A stretch of 55,008 nt of DNA, the filler included, from Streblomastix strix (Eukaryota), in NCBI GenBank assembly GCA_008636045.1. It is 3 parts of 3 records of this genome, joined end to end, with 100 filler letters (N's around TTAATTAATTAA, not from the genome) between each part and the next. Parts side by side here need not be neighbours in the genome. Positions count along the whole stretch, not along the records: positions 36,742 to 55,008 come from SNRW01000624.1; 2 more parts are not named here. One strand, written 5' to 3'. The notes beneath the pieces were generated by a model. The model worked only from the letters and a program-made list of their open reading frames with translations, had not been told where the DNA came from and did no database searches. A program made the translations under genes and the position numbers. This document shows positions 44,161-55,008 of this stretch, one piece after another. How positions within the stretch are numbered: the first letter of the stretch is position 1; the number at the start of each line of letters is the position of its first letter.

Positions 44161-45809
44161 CTTAAAAACATTAATCTATCAAAGTTTGATAAGTTTGAAA
44201 TAACTTATTTTCGATTGAAATTTTTTTTAATGAGTTGTTATGATGCATATTAAATACATATATATAAATATGTGAAATTAAATCATTCTTAAAAGAATGA
44301 TTAAAGACACAAGAAAGATCAACGAAATTTTTTATTTTAATTCATTTTAACAAATTTTAAATACATTGGATTGGATTAAATCTGAAGTTTTTTATGCTAA
44401 TCAATTATTTATTTTCATTAATAGAGCAGTCAATTCTTAAATTTAGTTATATTTAAGATTTTTATTCTTCAAAAGTTATTTTCTCATAAATTGATGAATT
44501 TTTCAAAATAACTGTTTAATAGCTAATTTTTTTTAAATCCTAACTATTTTTTATAAATATAATTAAGTTTTTCAACAACTATTAAATTTAATCGTTCATT
44601 ATCAAATTTTTTTTTATTATTTAATTTTTATTTTATTTAAACTATTAAAAAAATTTTTCTTGTCTTTACCTGCTTTTTTGAACACACTATAAAATTTCTG
44701 ATGTGATTTTAAAATTTTCTTTTACTACTGTTATTTTTATAATTAAATTCATGACATTTCAAATTGGCCACATCATAGATAAAATATCTGTAAGTGTACC
44801 GATCGAATTGGAGCCACAATTTTATCTTAATGGAGAGGTGAGATAAGGAAATTCGAAGATAAGAAATCACAACTTATTTTTAAAAGTTGCAAATTTAATA
44901 ATATTTGCTTCCTTATTATAAATATTTATCTTTTTTGTTATTAATATTAACCATTTTTGATTTAAATTGGTTTTATCCTTATTTGTTATCATTATTTTAA
45001 AAACTGAATTCAAAAATTTTAATATAACTTAATAATTTGTAATCAATAATTACATGATTCATTGAACGATGTTTATTAATAAGTAACAAATTAGCAATTT
45101 TTGAGAGAATACCATCGAGAGGTTGAAGCTTTCCCCCTGGCCGTTTCCCCACAAAATGTGAACATTTTGGAAGTAATTAAGGAAAGACAAAAAAGAAAAG
45201 TAGAAAAATTGATTACAACTATTCACTACGGGAGATCCAGCAAAAAAATAGACGAAGTGTGTTTGATTTAAACTTAAATGAATGAGGAGAGAGCTATCAT
45301 GGGTAATCTCCAGAAAATAAATGGTGAATGGGAGATAAAAGCCAAAATAAAGAACTTCGTGGTTAAACATTGAAGTTATCGCATAGTATGAAATGATTAA
45401 ATTTAAATTAAAATAAAGTTAAAATATGTAAATAATAACAAATATTAAGATTAGTTCTAGTTAAAAAATATCCTTACAAGAACAATTGCATGCATTTCAT
45501 GTTCATTCGCTTATTGAATGCCATTATCAACTGTTCGCCTTCCATATAATCAACATTTCATGATTGCATTTCCAGGAGATTGATAAAGATGAGAATAAAA
45601 AAATATATAAGACATGGTGAGCTTTGTTGATTTACGAACAATTCAAAGGGTTGGTATTAAAAGTAAAAAATTAAATGAATGCATTTCTTTAGAGTTTGAA
45701 ACTGATACGTTAGAACAAGGCGAAGTTGTTATATACTAATAATAATTCTCTAATAATCAATAATCCCACATTGATAATTGAGGAGTGTAATATATTATAC
45801 TAAATAGCT

Positions 45810-46860
45810 TCACCTTTATTGAAGACTTGAAATTTGGTCACGTTATGCAATGCCACGAGGATCAGAAAGTTTCTTTGCAATTTCATTGTCTTTTAATCTT
45901 TCGCTTATATATAAAAAACTATTATTGGATTTTGAATTCATTAAGTGCTATATATATATATTTCACAAAGTTTCATCTAAGTTTGCTTAAATCAATTGCA
46001 TTGCTGCAGTGTGTATAAAAGAATAAACTTATTTCCCTTTTATATCTGTCAAAACTACAAATTTCTTTAATAATAATGAGATTTGCACTTTTTTGGAAGA
46101 TATTATAAGAGCTTCATTCAGCTATAATGTTCTGCCTCTGCTCTTTCTAATAGTTCGACCATACATGTTTTCAAATCTATTCAAATAACCAAAAAAAGCT
46201 TACTCTGGTATATACAATCTGGTCAATCGTTTTGGGTGTTTGCGAGAATGAAGTGCGGATTTCATTTTCTTTAACAATCTTAAGTTTACTTTGTCTATAA
46301 TCTCACAAATTACTGAATGTCCTAATAATATTTCTTCAATTTAAGCTGGTCTCAATGAATAATTGGTCACGAGAAGTGAAGTGAGTTTAGTCATTTATAG
46401 TTCAATGTTTATTAAATTTCGATTTGTTCTTTTTTCTTTCCAATAATCAAATTTTATTCCTACATTTAATATATCTCAATGTTTCGGTTTTACAATTATA
46501 TTGGTTGAAACTGCATTTCTTATGAACTGGAGTACGTAGTTGTTTTTCAAGTCAATGTCAAGCGTAGGTGAAAACTTTTAAGAAAATCCATTAAGAAACA
46601 AAAGTGCTGATCTTGCTAAAGAATTTGCTGAAGTGAATTGTGCTTATATTTCTGTTGTAACAATGCATGATTTGATTGGAAGTAAATCAAATAAAGTGTT
46701 ATAGTTTAGATAAGATTATCTTCTCAATTTCTCCATCTCGTAATAATATTTTCTTTATGTATTGTATCTCTATCGCTAAAGTATCTCGTCAATTGTTCAT
46801 ATAGACATATTAAGAGATATCAAAATTATTCTTGTATGCCTTTTTATTATTCTTGGCTTC
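45810..46860 (-). pseudogene. Tyrosine recombinase of the DIRS-like element
   Basis: KLTSLLVTNYSLRPAQIEEI (first Arg box), QTPKT, VYSFIHTAAMQL (decayed box II) and ..QHLMNSKS; stop at 45810. Confidence 0.7.
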
Positions 46861-46869
46861 AATACGTAA

Positions 46870-48720
46870 AGAAACAAATAATCTTCCGTGAAGAGAGTTT
46901 GAGATTTTTCATTATTAACGACGATCCTAATTCAGGTTATCTCGTTGCCCCAACTAAGCACAAGTGATTGTTGATTATTACTTACTGATTCTGGATACTA
47001 TATCTGGCTAAACAAAGTCGGGGCTAATATAACTATTTTTATTTACTCTTCTTTAATTTTCTTCAAAATTGTTGGTAAGAGAGGGTTTGGATGATGAATC
47101 TATGATAACTGCATCTTACTTTATTTATTAAGTGCATATATTGGAATTTCTCCGTGCCTCAGTTCCATTTTAATGAATATTTGGAGGTGACTGTTGAAAT
47201 ATTGAGAAAATAAGTCTAATTTTTGAATCAGATTGATCTATTTACACGTCAGATGAAAAATCTTCTCCTTCAGCTTGTAGTATTCAGTACTTGACAGTTT
47301 ATTTAAAACATCTGCTATTTCGTTTTTAACTCCTGGAAGGCGAGTAATCTAGATCTAAATTCCAGTTTTTTCCATATCAAATGAACTTCATTAATTTCTT
47401 TTACTTATGATATTGGAGCTTTCTATTTCCTAATTTCGAAAAATGCTGTATTATTGTCGCAACTATTCTCTGTGAATTGAATTGACAAATTATTTAAGGC
47501 TTTTGCGAAGCTTATAAGGTCTTAAGTTATAGCTTTTGTATCCTTACTATTACTTGCTTGTCTTACTTATCGTCCAGGCCAAGTTCTACAAGTTACTTTT
47601 ATCAATTTTGACTTTTTCTCTAAGGTTGAAACCCATCCGCTGGAGGTCAGACCTGTTGTTTTTGTTATTTGCAGGGGATTTTATTTAAATTGATGAGGAA
47701 TGTTTGCTTTTTGCTTTACAATCCTCCAGTCTAAATCTAGATTTATTATTTTGATTATTATCATCGTTACGTTCCAGTCTCATAATCTTGCCGATTACGT
47801 TTTCGGACGATGCAATGAGTTAAGAAAGAGTGAAGTCAACTAAAATTAGAGTTCTTGACGCTTTAGTCTCTAAATTAATTTAGTTATTTATTTTACTATA
47901 AACTATATCATTCTTTATATCAATTTTCACATATCGTAAAAGTATTGCGATTGAGGTGCTCTTTTTAGGTTTTGTCTTTTCAGTTGCAATCTTTAAATTC
48001 TACTCCTATCATATAAATATTAATGTTTATTTCGATTTTATTTCATTCTTTTCCTTTTGATCTTGACTTTGAATTGTTTCTGTGATTCTAATATATATGG
48101 TGCTATATCAAAAGAAATTCATTTTTTGATGGAGAAAAAGAATGCCGTCTTCATAGTGAATAATTTTAATTTCAGATTTCAAATTTATCTGTAATATAAT
48201 AGGTTTCGTAGCTATAGCAAAATTAATTAGTGAGTGTTTTGTGCCAAACGGACTCTCTCTATATGTGAAGTGGTTGATCAAAAATTAAAACATTTGATAT
48301 TACTGTGATTATGTTTGGACTATAAGATGAAGAAATATAGAAGAGAGGTTCAGTCAAGTGTCCAATCTCCTAGTCTAATTGTTTGTTTAACTTCGTTCGA
48401 ATCGTGTATTTTGATGTTGAAATCAGGTGTTTCCTTTTTATGTGCTTTCATATCTAGATGCTTTCTCCATTTTTGATTAGCTTTCTTGATCATTGATATC
48501 AGGTTGTAACATTCGATCAGATCCGTTTTTATTGATATTATAATATTTTTTAAGTTCTTTCTCAAAATTTATCCAATATTCTTTCGCATTTTCTTCTGTC
48601 CCTCTAAATTTCACAATTTTCATGATGTTTTGTAAAATGTTCACGCTCAAATTACTTTACCAATAGAGGGTAAATCCTTATTGGATAAATTCTTTCATAT
48701 TAATTGTTTTCTATTGTTAC
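46870..48720 (-). pseudogene. RT-RNase H-MT-like pol ORF of the DIRS-like element
   Basis: KKANQKWRKHLDMKA...KIHDSNEVKQTIRLGDW, PFGTKHS, IIHYEDGILFLHQ (decayed YxDD), SGWVSTLEK, LPGVKNEIADVLNKL, DLFSQYFN and IHHPNPLLPTILKKI; frameshifts and stops. Confidence 0.8.
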
Positions 48721-51700
48721 AAATATCTCGCAGTTTGTCCTCCCCATTCTTGTCTTAAATATACTATTTGTCTTTGTTAGTTTCGCGGTTGTCAAAATTT
48801 CTGTTCTCTCTTCCTTCATCTTATTCCATTTAATATGTTTAATTGTTCCGGCAACGCTGTCTGGAAGTCTGGAAATATCTCTCACTGATTCTCAGAGGAG
48901 ATGGACATTTGTTTCAGTTTCTTGGATCCTGCGCTGGTTCTAATGCCTTGTGAGCATTTGGCAGACACGTCTCATGTAATTGGGATTTTATATGCATTTT
49001 TTCTAAGTTTCTACTCGAACGTTAAATAATTACGAGAGTAGAAGTTAGTTCTAGCATTAAGACTCTATAAGGACTTATCAGGCAAGCAGATGGACTTTTA
49101 TAAGCTAGTTTTGCTTGCAGTTTCGTAGTCGTTTATTAGTTACGTTCATTATTTTGGTATGACGACGTTTCTTTTTATTTTTCCTAATACTTAAATAAGA
49201 TAACTAAAGGTGGCTCGTTTTAGGATTGTTAAACGTTTATATTTCCTGAATCTAGTTCGACCTTCGTTTCTTTCAACTATATTATCATCCGCTTGCTCAT
49301 TATCGTTCAAATTATCAGCGTCATCGTTTGTCTGATGGTTTAAGTCCCCATTTTCGTTGGTTACTGCTTACAACTGCCTTCCGCAGCTGTTTTTTCTGAA
49401 TCCATATGATCTATTTACGCTATTAATTGGAAAATTTGCAGATTATTTAGTAATATTGTTCTCAAGGTTTGCTTAGCTGTTGGCTAAGGCTTGTAGCTGC
49501 TTCCAGCTACCATTTTTTCTGAGCAAATCATTTCCGTAAATGGAGTGCTTGCGGATGATTATACGCTCGGATTAGTCTTGGTTTTCTTTTTCTTCCGTTT
49601 CATCAGCTGCAGTTCTCTTAAGTTCTTTCGTTATTATCTTTTGATTCTCGATTGTTGGTTAAAGTTGTTCTATAACCTATAATTCAGCGAATATAATTAG
49701 GCGTATTAATGCTTCTAGTTTTAAATTGTATATATATGACATAAGTTAATGAATTAAATCCCTCCATCATTGATTTCAAATAATGCCGGGACAAATGATT
49801 CTTTGAAAAGGTTTGCACAGATTTGGCGGTTGTCGCTTTGTAATAGACAATATGGAACTATAACTTAATACACGTCCGATTCAAATTGTTTTCATTTTTC
49901 ATCTATAGTTTCTAAGTCTTTAGGTCATGGTAATGGAGTTGGATGATATATTTTTGAAGGATAAAAGAAGATAGACCGTTCTTTTTAGGAAATTTTTAGT
50001 ATTATTCATGTTAAAAAACCTTGTGTTTCCTCTTTTCTTGAATCATTATTGATTTCATTGTATTACAGAACTTCTCCTCCACATCAATCTAAACTGAATA
50101 TTCTTGAAATATCACTTGGTTTTTCAGTAGTTAATTGAATTTGAAACTTCTAGGATCTTCTGGTGATATTGATCTCAATATTGCTTCCGTTTATTTAAAT
50201 ATAGATGATTGTATTTGTGGAGATGGAGAAATGGACGTGTGATAGGTATTAGATTACAAATTTATGTGATTGTATTTTACATTTAAATACAATTATACGA
50301 TAGAATTGGATTATATTGGTGAAATAAGGTTTTCAACATCTAAATGCCTTTATTGAGTATTCTCATTCTTTTCATCGTCATTCTACGTCAGCAATAGACC
50401 TGACTTGTTTTATCACTGTTGTTAATTATTTTTCATTTAGTATTTTTTATCATATTCGTCATGGTTATATTTCTTTGTTTGCTTATATCGTTAATCATCT
50501 TCTATCCAATCTTCATCTCTATCGGTTCACGAAACTGTAGTCTTTCTTTTCCAAATCCAACCCTTATATAAGTGCTAACTGCTGCAACTGCTACTACTAC
50601 TGCTGCTACTTCTATTGATTTATTTTATTTTCGCTTCTTCTTAAAGGATTATATCTTTTTTCTCTATTCATCTTCACTCCATTTCAATTCACTATTGCGT
50701 TTTTCTTCTATTTCTCGCAAATTCTGACTGAATCATTCATTCTTAACTTGGCATAAGGGCCTCGTGATTTACTTTTCTTTGACAAGTATTGTGGCATTTT
50801 GAATTGTTCCAATAAATAATCTGCATCTGCACAAAATTTTGTTGAGTCTCTAAAAGTAATAGTTCTTTATGTGGTTAATTTATATTGCCATCTTGCATTC
50901 TTGTACTATATCGCTCTGAGGTCTCGAACTATGTCATGCCCACTATCTTAACATGTTAACTGCAATTGAACTATATCTTTCTAATAGGGTAGTAGACGTG
51001 GTGCGATTATCCTAAATATTACTTCTTTAATGAAATCTGATTCTTTGGATTCTTTTCATTTTTTGTACTGGGTATGTTGATCTTTTAATCTATTTATCAG
51101 TATTTTACGAAAGTTGTAGTATTCGAAAGATTGAATGTATTGGATACGCTAGTATAGTTGGAATTGGTTCAGTAATGGTAAAATGAGTGGAAACAGAATA
51201 ATTTTTGCATCTATAGTTAAAATTGGTTCAATTATGGAAAAATTCGGTAAAGTGTGTTTCTAAGGGTGGTATCTTTACCAAGTCCTATGCTCAATTTGAT
51301 TGCATTTTGCTCAATTTGTTCATAATTAAGGCTATTACTTGTTCCAAAAAAATTTCTTTTGTATCTGGTCTATTAACTCAGTAAATCTCCACGATTCTTG
51401 TAAATATTATGTCCACAAATGCCGAATAAATACTATCAATTTGTTTTCTCGCTCAAAACTATCTTAACACCTAATTGTCATATCTTAAGCGTATCATAGG
51501 CGATGAGCGAGTCATCAGTCTGTTTTCTAACTCTTTCGTTTCTATCAACGTTCGCATCATGTTCATCTTATATGTGTGTCATATATGTATATGATTGTGC
51601 ATAAATTGACTTTTTTAGAAGCTATCCAGTCACGCTTTACTACCAGTATCAACATTCCTTAAGATGGTTGATATTGCAGTAGCAATTTTGTTTCCAAATC

Positions 51701-53319
51701 TGCGTGGACCTGATCAAATGCTAATATCGGCTACTACGGTGGGTTATTGTACTTCAGAGGGTTTCCTTTGTGCTATCAAGTCTGTTGGTGCTCTTGTACG
51801 TTGTCTAGCTCCTGTGAACTGCACATCAAACCATTTCTCCGTGAATAAATCGATTTGCGACTTTTTTTACAAGGAGAGTCTCATTAAGAGCTTCCTTGCA
51901 GCTACTATTGTGTTTAATAGTTCATTTCGGAAATTGCAATTGTTTATTCTGGGTATAGTGGATCGAACTCAATTTTCTGAAAAAAAAATTCGTTCACAAA
52001 CATCTATTGCGGCTGTGCAACGGCTTGCAGCGGAATTTTTGGAATTAAATTGGCAAAATTTGGCTTACAGTACGAATTTTTGCTCGGTTGTCGTCTAGAA
52101 GTTTTATTTAACATGCGCATCACCGTTTCTTTTGTAATCTTTTAAATGGGCATCTTAAAGTTTGCATTATTTAATAAATTTTAAAAATCAAAAAAACTTT
52201 AAATAAATCTATTTTGAATAATTAAAAATTATTGAATAGGTATTAATATTAGTTTAATATTTAAAAATAGTTCTATTATAGTTAATATCAACTCGAAGAT
52301 TTTCGAGTCGATGTACAACTCTCTCTGGTTGATTTGGAACAGTGTCCGTAATTTTGATTTAAATAAAGTTAATATTGATCACAAATATTTGCAAAAAAAG
52401 AAATTTGAATAAAAATATTGAAATTATATATGGTTTAACTTTAATAATATAATATGTGCATAAAAAAATTTTTGATTAACTTTTGGAGGAATTAGATTTG
52501 TAAAAGTGGTTTGATAGAAATACAGAATTTAAATAGTAAATTATATATATAATTATCTATATGAAAAGAAGTTTTTTTCGATTTAATAGAAATATTGCGG
52601 TGAATGGTAAAAAACTCAAATTTGCTAAAAGGCGTTTTTCTGACGAAGTGTATGCAAATAATTTTAGATTTCAAGAAAAAACATAAAATAAAATGAATTA
52701 TAAGATGAATATACCTTACATTTGTTCAATTATAATTCAATAGAATACCTGGCAGCTATGTTCTAAATTTCTCAATAGTTTTTCGAAAAAATTATCTTAG
52801 CAGGCATTATTCGAAAATAAGTTCAAATATACGATGTGTATCTTTTTATTGAAAATAAACTTTTTAAATATAGTTTAATGCATTATAATTCTTCATTATT
52901 TTTATTATCAAAAAATTCCTTTTATAAAACTGATCAATTCTAAGCGTTATAGGTATACCTTTAAGTCAGCACTTTCAAAATTCTGTAGATATAATAAAAT
53001 AGTTCAATAATTTGCTTTAAACATAAGATTGATCATTTGTACTTTTTTCTATCATAATAATGATTTTCAAAATTTTTTTAACAATAACTGGGGAAACGAC
53101 GTGAAGAACCTCTTCAAACAGTCGATTGTAATCACTCAATAAAGGCGAAGTTGTTGGATATAATATATATTTACCTCAATTATCAAAATAATACTTTTGG
53201 AAATTATTATGGGGAAATAATAAATTAATTGTCATGGAATTATTGCATGATTTATATATAATAATATAGAATATGTGTTATGCATCATAATTTATTAGAA
53301 TTGTTTCGTCTAAAGTCTG

Positions 53320-53900
53320 GATGTTTTTGGAGAAACGTTTCAGTGAAGTTTGCAATTTTAGTTCATTTTACACTTCTGATAAATCAATGTTACAATAAAA
53401 TATTTAGTGTAATTGCCATTATATTAGTAACTTAAAGCCTCAACTTATCGTTTAAGATTATCGGTTACAAAACATACCCCCCTAATTCTTAATGAACAAC
53501 AGTTTTATACAACTCTTGCCCCTAATTATTAGAATGATTATTTGGAAGTGATTCCTGTATCCGTTGCGAAAATAATAACTGATGGGGGCTTGGAATAAGG
53601 GTTAATTAATAACACTAGTGTTTAATGATGTGAATGTTCTTTAGCTGAATCTAGAACAATACAAACTCGCTTGTTGATTATTTATTATATTTATTGTTTT
53701 TAAACATATTTTCCAACACGAATTTTTAATAATCAGTATTATTAAGGAGAAAATGATTTTATATTTATTTCTGGATTGATGTTAGGAAGCATTTGTTGGT
53801 AATGCATACATTTATGAATAGTTCTAAAAAATGTTGGAACTTAACTGTAAGATGTATTCATTTCGACAAGGCAAAATGCAATTTCAAAATCTAAGTCATT
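53320..53900 (-). pseudogene. Possible DDE (hAT-like) transposase relic
   Basis: EIAFCLVEMNTSYSQVPTFLELF, KRVCIVLDS (possible first Asp), RIRGVCFVTDNL..QVEAL (possible second Asp); frameshifted. Confidence 0.38.
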
Positions 53901-55008
53901 ATTTGTAGTTATTTAATTAATTAAAGTTGGCATGGGTAATACACATTAATGATAGTAGGACGGATTTTTGACTTAGTTATAAAAATCTTTTCTTGCTTAA
54001 ATTAAATGGAAATGAATTGAAAGCATCATTTAAGGGTTAATGTTCCCTTTTCTCACATTAATCTCGCATTTTTTATCGCCTATTTCAGTTAAGCTCATAT
54101 AATATGTTCTTGTTTTATGATTATTGCCTTTGATGAGTTTGTGTTATAACATAGTTTATCCAGTAGAAAGCACTTAAAATGTGCAATACTCAATCATTTT
54201 AAAATGTTTTGTAGGGTAAAGCATTCCTTCATGTTAATTTTTAGTTGAGCTTCTAGCAATTGAATAATTAATATTAGATTATTATGATTCGAAGTTTGAA
54301 GATTTTTCAAACACTTTAGTTGATAAAAAATCCAAGTTTTTTATTCTTCTTTATATATCTACCTGCTCGACTTTATTTTTCTAATAAATGTTAAAAATAG
54401 AATAATTTCTGAGATTACTTAAATAAAAATATATATAACACATTTTTGAAATCGAATATATGAAAAAGAAATTTTTTTAAGAAGGGTTGTGCATTAAAAA
54501 TTTTGAGTTCAAATTTTCTTGATATTATATTTTATTCCCGAAAAATATGACAAAAACAAAAGTTTCGTCAGTGTGGCACGATTGACATTTTTTTTGCCAA
54601 TTATTTATCGCTAATTCTAAGCAATATTTTTAACTTTTTTTTTTGATATGAAGATTTGTCAATTTGATTACAATAAAAAAATTTCACACAATCGGTAATT
54701 TACTTAAAGAAGCTCTAATTTTGTTCCTTAAAAAATATTCTTGTAGATAAGCAAACTGGTCACGGATAATCATGAGCTTTATCATAAAATCAGCAATTTT
54801 TCAGTGAACAATTAAATAATCTGAATTTATATAAGCATAACACTACAAAAAACAATTTTAATAATAAATTGCATCGTATGACTCTAAATCGTCATATTAT
54901 TTTCCAATTTATACATTTTTATTTTTATTTTAACCTATATATTTCAGTTTTCTTATAAAACTATAAGTATATAGAAGAACAATGATGAAATGGGGAGTGG
55001 AAGTGAAA

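Larger units (their letters stand above)
45060..53215 (-). mobile_element. Near full-length degenerate DIRS-like retroelement with inverted terminal repeats and ICR; order ORF1, gag-like region, RT, RNase H, MT-like, YR
   Basis: 5' repeat ~53085-53215 (-), inverted copy ~45060-45170, ICR-like segment 45715-45822, coding motifs as listed in the sub-features. Confidence 0.82.

Overview
AT-rich eukaryotic (protist) genomic DNA in which TAA/TAG encode Gln and TGA is the only stop, with many short GT-AG introns. This explains why the supplied standard-code ORF track is fragmented. The code, the gene families and an MDA-type chimera are consistent with an oxymonad such as Streblomastix (inference). 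The window is three contigs joined by artificial N44-TTAATTAATTAA-N44 linkers. Contig 1 (1-18273): the tail of a gene ending in CXC, a large hypothetical gene, PME-1, a PMCA-type Ca2+-ATPase with one in-frame TGA, a small WH2 gene and a large Gln-rich gene. Contig 2 (18374-36641): a membrane protein, ArfGAP, V-ATPase subunit e, EAF6, a double U-box protein and a coiled-coil/SPRY-like protein. It ends with a DIRS-like 5' fragment abutting a Polinton-type protein-primed PolB (N-terminal domain, OTU-like, Zn, Exo, HNH, Pol) written in the host code. Contig 3 (36742-55008) is decayed mobile DNA: a second PolB-type N-terminus, two MITE/foldback elements, two tyrosine-recombinase (DIRS-like) retroelements and a possible hAT-like relic. 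All calls come from manual translation and motif recognition; no searches were run.
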